From: Dipteris shenzhenensis
Taxonomy: Eukaryota
Assembly (NCBI GenBank): GCA_047967505.1
Contig: CM106538.1
Reading direction: 5' to 3' (one strand)
Length of the DNA: 64,000 nucleotides
In this document: positions 48,604-62,300 of the stretch, in pieces
How positions within the stretch are numbered: position 1 is the first letter of the stretch
Layout of the letters: the number at the start of each line of letters is the position of its first letter
Notes under the pieces: model-generated
What the model was told of the DNA's origin: nothing
What the model saw: the letters and a program-made list of their open reading frames with translations, nothing else
The model's database searches: none
Made by a program: the position numbers and the translations under genes

Positions 48604-51600
48604 GAATAAGAGATCTTAGAAACCAAACACAAAATTACCAAATAGACTCATGAGAGTGCTCACAATGGAAGCAAGAATGGAAGAGGGAGAGAGAGAAACA
48701 GAGAGCTACACAAGTTTTGGTGGGTGCAGAACCACCCTAATCTTCTTTTTCATTCATTTATATATGTGTTTGAGTATTGTACATAACCGGGGTAAAGGCA
48801 TAGTGACCTTTAACCCCCACAACCTCCCACTTAAAGGACAATGTGCCTTTAAGGGAGAACAACCAGTGAGCATACTATCCAATGCCCATCAATACATGAC
48901 AATACTCAAACCGCTGACTAGGTAGACTCTTCGTCAGCATATTTGCAAGGTTATCATCTGTATGAACCTTGACAAGCTCTATGCACTTGTCCTCAAGTAC
49001 CTCCCTGATGAAATGGTACCTGACCTCAATGTGTTTGGTCTTTGCATGAAAGACCGGATTCCATGCTAGCTGAATAGCACTCATGGAATCACTATGCAAT
49101 GTCGATACACCTGTATGAATCCCCAAATCTCCCACTAGCCAATCAAGCCATATAGCCTCCTTGCAACCCTCTGTGGCTGCAACATACTCAGCCTCTGTGG
49201 TAGACAAAGCAACACACTTCTGTGCGCGAGACATCCACGACACTGCACCACTTGCAAAGGTGAACACATAACCAGAAGTGGATCTCCTACTATCCACATG
49301 CCCTGCATAGTCTGAATCTATGTACCCAAGTACACGCATGTCTCCTCTACCAAAGCAGATGCACATCTCCTTGGTACCCTTCATGTACCTCATGATGCAC
49401 TTAACTGCCTCCCAATGCCTCTTTCCTAGATTAGCCATATACCGGCTAACAACTCCCACTACAAATGCAATGTCTAGTCTAGTAGCTATCATAGCATACA
49501 TAAGACTCCCAACTGTTGATGCATAAGGAACCTTGGCCATCATGGCCCTTTCCTCATCTGATTTGGGACTATTTGTATGACTCAGTTTCACATATGGAGG
49601 CAATGGAGTACTCACTGCCTTCCCCCCGTCCATATTGAAATGCTGTAATACTTTTGTAACATACTCTTTTTGTGAAAGCCAAAGGAGTTTCCTACTCCGA
49701 TCACGCGTGATGCGCATACCAAGAATATGACCTGCAAGTCCCAAATCCTTCATATCAAAGGCCTCATGCAACTTGGCCTTTAATGCATCTAGCTCATAAG
49801 TATTCTTCCTAGCCAATAGCATATCATCCACATATAGTGCCAAGATTATCATGCTATTATCCTTAGCCCTTTTAGTGTAGAGGCAGTGATAAATTTCACT
49901 CCTTGTAAAACCCTGGGACTGAATGAAAGCATCAAATTTTTGATACCATTCTCTAGGCGCTTGCTTAAGACCATAGAGACTCTTCTTCAGCTTGCAAACT
50001 AAATGCTCTTTGCCCTTTTATTCAAAGCCTTTTGGCTGCACCATGTAAATTTCCTCATGCAAATCCCCATGCAAGAAAGCTGTCTTGACATCCATCTGCA
50101 TAAGCTCCATATCCTCTGATGCCACTAGTCCAAGCATGCATCTAAGTGTGGTCATCTTCACAACTGGAGAAAATATCTCATCAAAGTCCACACCCTTCTC
50201 TTGCTTGAACCCTTTAGCGACCCAACAGGCCTTGTACCTAGGCACATCATCACTTGTGACCTTCATTTTGTAGACCCATTTATGTGGCAATGCTTTCTTT
50301 CCATGTGGCAAAGAAACCAAGTCCCAAGTCTTATTCTTCATAAGTGAACTCATCTTTGATTGCATAGCATACTCCCACTTGCGTTGATCCTTGCGCATCA
50401 TAGCCTCTTTGTAGCAAGAAGGCTCCCTGCAATCAGTAAGCATCATATAGTCTACCCCTGGAACAAACCTATCAAGCGGTCTAACACTCTAGATGATCTT
50501 CTCAAGGGCGTTTCAGCTTGCTGTCCCACCTGCATATCAGCCACATTCAGCTCATCATTTCCACCAATAGATGATCCATCATCTACCCTTGATTGTATAC
50601 CTATGGGAGTACTTGGTGGTACCATTTCTTGCACATTTGGTGCATGGACAGCTTGCTGTCTATCAACATATGCAGGTGGATTCACATCTTGGAAAGTGAT
50701 TCTCCTCATTTCCACATCCCTCATGGGTGCCTTATGCATCTTCTTCTATTGAAGACTACATCATGGCTGCATATGATCTTCTTTGCTTCTAGATCCCAGA
50801 GACGATAGCCCATCTCTCCACTTTCACCATAACCCAGAAAGATGCATTTCCTAGACTTAAGATCTAGCTTCTTTCGAAGCTCTTTTGGCACATGTGCATA
50901 TGGAGTGCATATGCCTCACACCCAAATATACGCAAATGAGAGTAAGAGGGCTTCTTGCCACTCCATGCCTCTTCAGGAATACCACCATCCAAACTCTTAC
51001 TAGGTGATCTATTGATCACATGCACTACAGTCTTCATTGCCTCAGCCCAAAAACCACCAGAAAGACTTGCATTGGAAAGCATGCATTGTAACCTTTCTTG
51101 AATGGTACGATTCATCTTTCCTGCAACTGGATTTTGCTCTGGAGTATGAGGGGATGTGAGCTCCCTCCTAATCCCACATGTATCACAGAAATGCTGAAAG
51201 TCATGAGAGAGATACTCTCCACCATTGTCAGTCCGTAGGCATTTAAGCGTTCTACCTAACTGATTCTCAACCAAGGCCAGCCATTTCTGAAATACCTAGA
51301 ACACATCACTCTTACGAGCTATAGCATAAGCCCACACTTTCCTAGTTGCATCATCAATGAATGTCACATAGTATTCAGCGCCACCTAATGACCGTGTAGG
51401 CATGGGACCACATACGTCTGAATGCACCAAATCAAGCTTTTCAAACTCTTTCTTTCCCCTTCTTTTATGGGCTGATTTAGTCTGCTTCTCATAGAGAGAG
51501 TGCTCACAAAATTCAAAATCAGAGAAACTCAAATGCAGTACATAACCCAAACAGGATAAGAGTTTCATTCCATTCTGGCTCATGTGCCCCAACCTGCAAT

Positions 51601-52414
51601 GCCACAAAGAAGTGCTTGGCTGCTCGGTTATTGCAAGAACATGATCAAATACCCCTGATACATGTAAGGGATACAAAGTCCTACACTTGGCACCCCTGGC
51701 CAAAAGCATAGAGCCCTTCTGAATTTTCCAACTCTGAAAGCCAAAAGTGGTGTGAAAACTAGCTGACCCACTGAAATAAGACTCTTGGTCAACTTAGGCA
51801 CATGTCTCACATGTTTCAAAATAAATGCAAACCCATTTGCAAAAGAAAACTTTATGTCACCTACTCCCACTATGTCACATGCATAGTCATTTCCAAGATG
51901 CACACAACTTGTCCTTCCATTGTCATAAGTGGAGAACCATTTCCTATGGGAAGTAACATGGAATGAAGCACCAGAATCGAAAATCCAATCCTGGGAATAT
52001 GCATCATCTGAAGTGGTAAGCAACTCTACAGAGATAAACTAGACATGAAGAGAACGTCATTGTCGCTATCATGTGTGACTGCATTGATCTCCTCGATCTT
52101 CACTTTTCCTTTGTCCTCCCTTGGACTCTCTTCCTTTTGATTTGCACCCCAATTTGCATTCTTTTTCTTATCCTTTTGCTCTCTTTTCAGCTTGTAGCAA
52201 TCCTTTTTCATATGGCCCTTCTTGCCATAGTGGTAACACTCAATGTTCCGTGCCCTAGATTTGCTACGAGACTTCCCTCTTTCTTGGGACTTCCCCCTGA
52301 ACTGTGATCTACCCCTTTGCACATTTAAGGCTGCATCCTGCTTGTTGCCGTCCATAGACTTCCGTCTAATCTCCTCGGCCAACAAGCTACCCACAACATC
52401 ATCAAATTTCAAAC
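48603..52414 (-). mobile_element. Ty1/copia retrotransposon (Tnt1-like), 5'-truncated, with 3' LTR
   Basis: Domain order gag knuckle, DWIFDSGAS, integrase (LRTDNGGEY), RT (QMDVKTAFLHG, YVDDML) and RNase H. PPT AAGTGGGAGG at ~48823-48832. LTR TG..CA at ~48821-48603. Confidence 0.93.
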
Positions 52415-53570
52415 TTTTTAATGCTAAAAAACTCCTTTTCAGACATGGAAGAGGATGCCATGATGCAAATGAAGCAAAAATCCCAAATGCTAGTGCCTAC
52501 AAGAGAGAATCACACCAAATACCAAGTCCACCCAAATGTGTGTGCCACAATAGAGTGAAATATCACCAAAACTCATGTCTCAAAGCATCTGACTCATGTG
52601 CATATACTATGCATCCATATGAGCAAATCTGGCCCAAGAGAAAATGCCAACTGCACTGGCAATCCGAAAATGCCAATAAGTGCCAAATGACTCAAGCATA
52701 AACACCGTCCACTGGCATATGCATTAATAATATCTCATCCAAGAGAGCATAGCACTATCAGTGCATCACCTGCAATGTGTTAAAGCTGTCCCTCAGCATA
52801 AAATAGCATCCATGTGCAAAGCGTCCATAAAAATAGCATCCCACAAGGCAATTTGGGCCTATCAGCGCATCCAATAAGGACTGCAATGCATCCAAATGGC
52901 CTATAAATCATCCACTGCAACCCAATGCACACCACAAATGAGCGCACGGAAAGGGGGAGAGGGAAGGGGAGCAAAGAGGGGAGGGGAGGGAAGGGGCTCT
53001 CTTGTGTTGCAATGGCAGCAAGAATTTTAACACAAAAACAGGAAAGGGGGATGGGAGAGGGAAGGGGCAGGGGGCAGGGGAGAGGGGAGAGATGATGTTT
53101 TGGAAAACAATTTAAATAGTAGGAGGAGAGGGAGTCGTGCTACCATGGCAGAGGGAAAAAAGTTTTTTTTTTTTTTTGCACAGTCCCTTGCATTGGTGCG
53201 ACAGTGCAATGAGGGTTTGGAGGGGTGGGGAAGGGTGGGGAAGGAATGGAGGGAGAGAGGAGAGGAGAAGTGGAAGAGAGATAGAGAGGAAGGGGAAGAG
53301 AGAGGGGTGAAGAATGAAAATATAGACAGAGAGAAGGGAGGAGAATGGGAAGGGAGAGGGAATGGGAGAGAGGAACGGAGCGCAAGACAATGGAGAGGGA
53401 GAAGGAGAGAGGAAGGGAGGGGAGCATGACAAGGGCAAGAGTAGAAGGGAGGGCATGATAAAAAATGAGTTATGGGAGAGATGAGAATCAATATGTAGAC
53501 CTAAAATAATTGAAACCCTATAATTCAAATTTCCCGCTCTAGAATTCAAAGTTCATGCCCCCCTTCCTCC

Positions 53571-53633
<63 letters not shown>

Positions 53634-53887
53634 CCTCTTTCCTTCTCCTCCCCCCCCCAGTTTTTGCATTATTAGTACAAAGAGATAGTGTACATAAGTA
53701 AACCCTTATTCCAAAAGGGTAGTGCTAAAAAGTAAAATTTTGGTTTGGGAAGGATATTTTCATAAAGTTAATTTTTTGAATAGATATTTAAGTACACAAA
53801 TGAATTGGGACCATCCAATCTATATAATATTTATCTTAAATTTTATAATTTTAGTTTTATTTGGTTTTAAAAACTCTCAAGTTTGGC

Positions 53888-54004
53888 TTACTTTTTTGTT
53901 TTAATTCGTTTTTCAATAGTTGTTTTCATATAATTTTTTTTCCAAAAGTACTTATGAAAATAAATTTGGACATTGCAAAGTTAGAATTTAATGAAATGTA
54001 TGTT
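53888..54004. repeat. Transposon terminus homologous to the 523 and 9128 termini
   Basis: The reverse complement aacatacatttcattaaattctaactttgcaatgtccaaatttattttcataagtacttttgga..aaaaagtaag aligns with aacacctatttcattaattttggactagtgcactgtccaaattcattttgtgagataattttgga..aaaaagtaag. Confidence 0.7.
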
Positions 54005-54980
54005 TTCTCCTCTCCATTGACAAGCAAAGTAACATTGTATGCCTTCGGAAAAATTTCCCATTGACCTATTGGATCTCCCAATGCTTAAGGGAAAAATTGC
54101 ACAGCTATGAATTTTACATTTGACCTTAAAATTTGGCCACATCCTTGCCAGTTCATGTAGAGATGGTTGAATACTCAAGTGTGCATTTGATCTCGTAAAT
54201 ATTTTGATGATGCAATGGCCCAAATATATTCATCACTCAATCCTACCAAGTTTTGAATTGTTATAACTGATGGACAAGCATCTCAGCCTTAGCCTTCAAC
54301 TGGGCTACCTCGTTCTCTTGTGTTGCCATGAAGGATGGGTGTGTAGTGATCTAATGCATGAAACAATAGTTTTTTAAGAACTATAACTACTTTCAAAGAA
54401 AGAAACACAAGAGTTACACATGCAATCTAATGTAAATTCACCCATTCACAAATGATATTCAACAAAATTGACTGCCATGATGCAAAATAACTTTCATAGA
54501 ACTTCTATAGAATAACAAAATACTAAATGTGTTTTTCTTTCTAAAACAATGGAGGATTGTATCAAGTAATATGCGCAAAATGTTTGTTTAAATGTATTAG
54601 AAATCTTTGTGAAGTCACGATCTAGTATCAACCTATCAGGTGGTAGAGGCTAGAACATGAAACATGTAACATCATCACATAAATAAGATGATCTAGATTA
54701 GCTTTTTTAATCACACATCTGGTTGGGACATGTTATTACTAGAATGAACTGACAAAAAAAAGTGGGCCATCATCCCCCGGCTCTGTTTACACCTATGTAT
54801 AGAAAAATAACATAAGTTAATATGGTATATAACTAGATCAAAGTAGGGGGAACCGACTAAAAAACATGAGCCATCTCTCAGTTTTGGTCTTTATTATCAC
54901 AAGAGCACACGTCAGTCAAGGTGAGGCGATTAGCCCAAGTGGGCCCTCTCCTAGCCTTCTTATTGACACACAAAGATGCA

Positions 54981-55036
<56 letters not shown>

Positions 55037-57058
55037 GCATCCTACAGTTAGGTAGGATGAGGTGATTTTGAATGGCTAAAGTCACCTGGCCCACACACAC
55101 CAAAAGAGCAAAAAAATCTCACCAAAAGATCAAGAAAGTGGAAAACCTGCAACTCCAAAAATGACAGTGTGAGTGGTGTTTTTGTAAAGAATGCAGGGGA
55201 TGGCCTTTTCATAACCTATCACAGAAATATCATGTGGTACCTCGAGCTACTGCATGGTATCCCAATAGCCCTGATTTGTTGCCCTAAAATCTCAATGAAC
55301 CTCGTTGCGAGGTGTGGTATCCTAAAATATACCATGTGGTGTATTAACATACTATGCAGGGTACCTAATATTCAACTGTATTTGCGTATAGCAAGCAATA
55401 AGTTAAGAAAAATACCACATGGTATTTGTGTATATGTCATGGTAAGTCACTGATATACCAGATGGCATTTATGTATACCATCATGAAGTATATGTCATGG
55501 TAAGTCAGTGATATGCCGGACAGTATTTATGTATACCATGAAGTATTTGTTAGGTCAATAGGTCACCTTTGACCGGTTGAAAAAAATGCATTTTTTGAAT
55601 TTAGAACATGAAGATGCAAATTTTTAAATAAAAAAATACATATATGAATATATTTTAAAGGTACCTTTTAAATCCTTGCATTCACACAAAAATTGTAGCG
55701 TCCTATAAGTTTGCAGTTAACATGAATACAACACATCCAAATCTAATTATCATACACAAAAGAGTGGTAGGGCGGCAAGTCTAGCTATATAAAGGCCTTA
55801 AGGGCAGAGAAACAATTCACCGCACCCAGGAAAATTTCTCTCCTACCCCCTTCCATGCTCTCTCCAAGCCCCCTTTTACCCCTATGATGAATTTTCTATT
55901 CTAACCTCAATGCCCCTTCATAATGCTACCCAAGTCATGGGATCCATTGTTTGCCTTGGCTCTCCATCCTGCAACACTCCACCAACCATAGCCATGACCA
56001 AGGGAGTTGCAGGATGGGGAGCCAAGGGAAACGGGTCTCCATTGAGTTCTCTCTGCCAATGGTGCCTTGAAAGAAGCAATTCTTTGATAACCCCACCAGT
56101 GCCTTGAAAGAAGTTGCTATGATGAAGGCAATTCCTTGAAAGACTTGAAAGAAAAACCTCATGACCAACCATGTTGCAGGATGGGAAGCCAAGGGAAATG
56201 AGTCGTCATTGTTCCGTGAGGCACTGGGAGAGAACTCAACTTGGTGTTGAGCCTCTCATAATTGCACACAACCTTCCACACTAGGGAAGGAACTCAACTT
56301 GGTGATCAGCTCTAATGCACTGAGAGCATGCATCAGTGTGTTGGAGCTCACCACCATATTGAGTTCCCTATCCGTTGTCAAATGTTGTGCTCAATTGAGC
56401 TCACCTCCAAGTTGAGTTCCCTTTTCCAATACCTTGATTTCTGAAGTTGCTATGAAAAAGATTATTTCAATTAAGAGGTGCTCGTATTGCCCCCTACATA
56501 CGCGGAGTTCCACATCAAAATTGTAAGAAAGTCTTACTTACGATAGCACTACGAGGTGCTCGTATTGCCCCCTGCATACAAGGCACTAGGTCAAAAGTGT
56601 AAGAAAGTGCTAACAAGGGCAAAAATTGACACCTAGTCCTACCATAGTAGTGGTGTTGACAAGTGCTTAAACAAGTGTCACAAAAACAAAGGGCTAGCAT
56701 CTTTTTATGTAATCTCTTTTGTTAAATGTTTGCTTCGGATGTAATTTATTTTGTTTCAATTTCGATCTAATACTATAATCGTAAAACTCTCAGATGTAAT
56801 TTCTTTTGTGTCAATTTCAATGTAGTAGACAATCAATGATGTTATCCGACATCCATTTCAAAATAGTGCAAAATATAATTTGTGAATATTTAAAAAGTAC
56901 AAGACTTGCAAATGGAAATATGACAATATGTCAAAATTGCAAGTTTATAGATAAGTTTTCATATCATCCCTTGGATGCATTGCATCATTTTCATGAACAC
57001 GGTGTGCATGAAATTTAGTTAACAGCAATTCCATTATCATTCATTCCTAAGCCTCATT

Positions 57059-58420
57059 CTAGCACAAGTGGAGTTTACAATCCCACAATAGCTTTATTAC
57101 ATGCCCTAAGTATAGTTCATCACTTGACAGTGCGGACCTACACCCCACAAGGAAGCTGGCTATTTTGGCAAGTAACCAACCAACACCATAGCAATATGAC
57201 ATGTCTGACCATGTGCCATTTGATTGAGGTATAGCATCATTTCTTGCATAAAGCTCTGGTGCAAACCAAGGAAATCTTGACTTTGGAGCAAGCGCCTGAA
57301 CCTGCTCGGGCTTGCTCTCAGTTTTGTGGAGACACCTTCCCCAATCAATAATGCTCACCTGCATAGATTTCCCATCTGGTGTGCAATCTAGCACATAGTT
57401 TCTGGCATTCAAATCAATGTGTCTGAACCCCTCTCGTGCACTTCTTTCATTGCACTAGCAATCGCTGTGCAAATGGCAAGAGCGTTCTTACAAAACAGGG
57501 ATGCTCGCATCTGACTGCATGTATCATGCCACACATTGCAAGGTTACTCATGGGGATTGCCTCACCTTGCCCAGTTTGGATAATCATGATACATGGAAGG
57601 TAGGATCATGAGCATGTCATAAACACTACCTCCATTGAAGTATGGACTAATTAACCAAAGATGCAAACATGTGTGTAACCAATTGTGCGACACACGGCCC
57701 TATGCATTACAGTCATTGCCATCTCTGTCTTCAACGATTTATGTGCATGTGGAGTATCATTCCTCAACTTCTTGCCAGCATAAGATAGGGTTGGCTTGAA
57801 ACCTGGCACACCCTCTATCTTAACCTGGTACACTTTTCCTTCCACTCCCCCGCCTAATTCCTCAAGAATTATCAATGCAACTAGTGGAAAGTGTAGAGCA
57901 TATGTCAACAAACTTCATGCACAAGCCTATTTGTACCTTGCCATCTTGACTACTCATGTCTATTCTTTCAAAGGAGCCACTAGCAATTTGGGTATAATAT
58001 TGCATGGCGACATTCGATAGTCTACCAACCACACCTTTTTCCTTTGGATTTTTCCTATGAATGGCAATGCGGGATTGTTTCAATCTACGAGCCACCTATC
58101 CAACTTTGACCTTGCTGCATCATGGTTAAGGGATCTAACTACTTTACCATTTCCCATTATGCAATTACATCACCCAGCACTCTAGGTAGGAAATTTAGTA
58201 TAGCCTCTTTCTCCTCTTTCCGCTCCACCTCTCTCCACCTTGTTTAGCTACAGTCAAATTGAGCAAGTATGCGCTAATGCATTTCATCCTTGGTATGCAG
58301 AATCTCTCTTATTTGCTCCTTACTCAATGTAATAATATGTCAAATGCACACCCTATGGACAAGGCATTGCAAATCAATTCTCCAAGTGTCTCTCTGTCTC
58401 TTTGAAGGGGCGGCTTCCAT
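57059..58420 (-). pseudogene. Apparently intronless atypical protein kinase with an unknown N-terminal extension, frameshifted
   Basis: LGGGVEGKVY, YAGKKL, E(MAM), PYFNGGSV, EVHERGFRHIDLNARNYVL, IIDWG and WFAPE occur in subdomain order. ATG at 58420. Confidence 0.85.
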
Positions 58421-58979
58421 GAGCAAGAAAGAGGTATAGATCTAATTCACAAAATAGTCATTATGTAAGCACTCGTGAGGTTTCGCTACCACGATGATGT
58501 GTACATACAAAAACCAACACATAGCAATTAAGTAATTTAGACATCTAGGCCCAATCGTAATGCATTACATTAACAATCAACAATCATTACAAATTGAGAT
58601 CTACGGACACATGCTAACATGAATTTCTAATAGATAATTATAATGTGGACCCTACAAGAAATAGCGCTTTCCATACAAATTACTCCAAGAAACCCTATCA
58701 GCCTACCAAAGGAGGATAGGCTATAAAAGATGAAACGAGAAACATAACAACAATCACGATGTAATGAACCAAGATGATCTAGATCAACATTGTGTGATCA
58801 CACATCTTGAGCTTGTTGGGAAGGTCGTCTTGTCGAGATGAATCTAGCCAGCCAAAGTGAACTATCATTCGGACAATAACTGACTCTATTGACAACTATG
58901 TACAATAAATATGAATATATGATAGTAGACCAAAGTGAGGTGAATCCAACCGGCCAAAGTGAGCCATCACCCCGCCTTG

Positions 58980-59328
58980 TGTTGAGATATCGAGCTCCAC
59001 TCGTGATATGCCAGGGTGACCGTTGTGCATTTATGTCACTGACTTGTTAGCTACAGATGCAGTTGGTACACTGCCCATGAATAATAGCTGGATGACAGCT
59101 ATCTTTATGTACTCTAGTTAGTGGCTCAGTTAGTATGCCACCTTATTTAGCTGAGTTTGGTTTGAGACCCACATATAGGGTTCACCTATTCTTTTGTACT
59201 AAGAGAGTTTTTTTGGCTTTCACAACTAAGAAGAGGAAAACCGTTTTCAACCTCCACCTTTGTGTATATTCCCCCATTGTGTATGTGAGAAAGCTGCAAG
59301 TGAGACTCCTTCTCTCCCACTCTCTTCA
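58980..59328 (+). repeat. 5' LTR of copia element
   Basis: TGTTGAGATATC...CA, followed two bases later by a perfect tRNA-iMet PBS. Confidence 0.82.
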
Positions 59329-62300
59329 CCTGGTATCAGAGCTTGGTTCGTGGTAATGAGCTCAAGAAAGCAAACCAAGTTCACGGTGTCCTAGTAAGAG
59401 GATCAGTGTTGCTTTCCTTTTTTCGACTTTGGGAGTAAATCTCTGCAGGTAGCATAGTCAAAAAGTGCAAGAATGCACTATCTCAGATTGGGACGCCCTT
59501 TGCAGTGTGGCGAGAGGGAAGCGTATGCTACAGGACAAGGAAAAACCCTTGGGTGAAATTATTTTTTTGATTTAAGGCCATTTCGGGGCCCATTTTGGTG
59601 GCAAAAGAATTTCCACAGTCACTTAGGAAAGTGCTCTGTTTTTAATGTGTGACAACTGTTCTACAGGTCGGTGAAAAGTTGTCATAGAATTTACATCGTA
59701 TGTCTGTGCATAGAGATATTGGGAGTGAAAGAATCATTCTTATTACCTGTTGATGCATAATAGTCACTAGGAAGTGACTGTGTGGCCAAATACCACTCTC
59801 ATCAGTTTTGCAAATTTGCCCTTGTGAGGCAAAAGTTTTGTTTTTTTGCACTGACTGAATATTTTCAAGTGTTCTGTAATGGTGTCTGATGCTCTTTCAT
59901 AGATTTTCACTAAAAAGCTTGACAAGAACAACTTCCAAGCATGGAAGTTTAGAATGATGAATTTCCTTAAGGGAAACGGCTATTAGGAGTTCATTACTAG
60001 AGCTGAACAAGAACTAGTTATTCCTAATGTTCCCAATAAACAGGAGTTGCAGGCATTTAAAGGCTAACATGAGAGAGCCAGAAAAATTATGTACTGGCTA
60101 TCTATAAGTATTTCAGATTCTATGATTGTGCATATTTAGGATGCAAGCACGCCAAAGGAGGCATGGGATACTTTGACAAAAATGTATAGCACTATTCTGA
60201 GTTTGTGTCCACTCTTTGCTTTCCTTTCAGTTTACCAACAAAGAGTGCACTATCTCATATTGGGACACCCTTCACGGTGTGGCAAGAGGGTAGTATATGC
60301 TGTGTTTTTGTTAGTACATTTTGTTTTTTATTAGAGGCCATTTCAGAGCCCATTTTGGTGGCGTAAGTTTTCCACAGGCACTCAGAAAAGTGCCCTATTT
60401 TTCGCTATGCAACCACTGTTCCGCAAGTTGGTAAAAAGTTGCTACGGAAATTGCATGGTATGCCTGTGCACAGAGATATTGGGAGTGACAAAATCATTCT
60501 TATTGCCTATTGATGCAAAATCGTCACTAGGAAGTGACTATGTGGTCAAATACCACTTTCGTCAATTTGATTTTCCTTTGTGAGGCAGAAGTGGTTTTTA
60601 CAGTGACATAATATTTTTGCAGTGTTCTGTAATGGCGTCTGATGCTCTTTCACAGATAGTCACTGAAAAGCTTGACAAGAACAACTTCCAAGCATGGAAG
60701 TTTAGAATGACGAATTTCCTTAAGGGAAAAGGCTATTGGGAGTTCATTACTGAAGCTGAACAAGAACCAGTTATTCCTAATGTTCCCAATCAACAGGAGT
60801 TGCAGGCATTTAAAGACTGGCATGAGAGGGCCAGAAAAGTTATGTACTGGCTATCTATCAGTATTTTAGATTCTATGATTGTGCATATTCAGGATGCAAG
60901 CACACTGAAGGAGGCATGGGATACTTTGACAAAAATGTATAGCACAAATACGCAAGCCAGGAAAATGTAGCTCAAGCAAGAGTTGCATAATGTGCAGAGA
61001 AAAAATATGAGCATCAATGACTACCACATGAAGGTGAAGAAGATTGCAGATGCACTTGCTTCTATTGGGTCGCCAATGGAAGATGATGATTTAGTTTCTA
61101 TGACCTTGAATGGTCTAGGAAAGAATTATGCACAATTCCGTACATCCATTGCTGTCCGTGAGAATTTTCTTGATTTTGAGGAGTTGATTGCTCTTCTAAT
61201 TTCTGAGGAGCAGAGAAATGGTGATGCATCTTCTTCAGGAGGAACTTCAAAAGAAACTGTCTTCTACTCAAATGCTGGAAGAGGTAGAGGTAGAGGTAGA
61301 GGTAGAGCATGCCGATTTGGAGGCCATGGTAGAAATCAGAATATGCAACAAATTCAAGAAAACTAGTCCTATGGAGGAGGACATGGTAGCTTTAGAGGCA
61401 AGGGGAGCCAAAGAGGTCGTGGTGGATGGCAGAGAGGCCAAAATACAAACAACAATGTTATATGCTACTACTATGGTAAAATGGGTCATATGCTTAAAGA
61501 TTGCTATAAAAAGCAAAATGACATCATGACTGGAAAATTACAGCAAGGAAATTATGCATCCTCTAGTAGAGAGGGTGATGATAGAAATGAGAATTTGTTT
61601 ATGGTGCAGCACATGACCAATTCTGTGACAAGTGTAGAAGAAAGAAATGATGTGTCGTATGTTGACTCGGGTGCATCAAACCACATGACACATCTTGCAG
61701 AATGGATCAGGATGCAAGAAAAATGGAAAGACCTGGATTTGTGAAGACTGGTGATGATACTGCACATCCTATTATGCAGATTAGTAAAATTTATTTGTCT
61801 ATGCAGGATGGGAAAAAGAAATACCTCTCTGATGTATTTTATGTCCCGAATATCACCAAGAGCTTGGTTTCTATTGGTCAAATGGTTGAGCAGGGCTTGC
61901 AGGTCAGATTTAATCCTCATGGATGCTTTGTTGAGGATATGAAAAATAAAGGTCGCTTGATAACAAAAGGGAAGAATAAGGTAGAGTGTTTACATTGGAT
62001 GCAAACATGCCTGAATGGAGTGTAGCAATGTGTGCACATGGGACCGGTGTAGTTGTAGATATTGATATTTGGCATAAACGCATTGGTCATGTTAATGTAC
62101 AACGACTTAAATTAATGCAGGCCCAAAATATTTTTGTAGGATTGCCTAAGTTCAAGGCTGCAGAAATGCATAAGGTATGTGAAGCCTGTCAATTTGGAAA
62201 ATAGGCAAGGAAACCATTTCCTAGACATGTTCAAGAAAGTAAGAGGCCATTGGAATTAATCCACTCTGATGTGTGGACTACTAAAGCTACATCTATTGGA

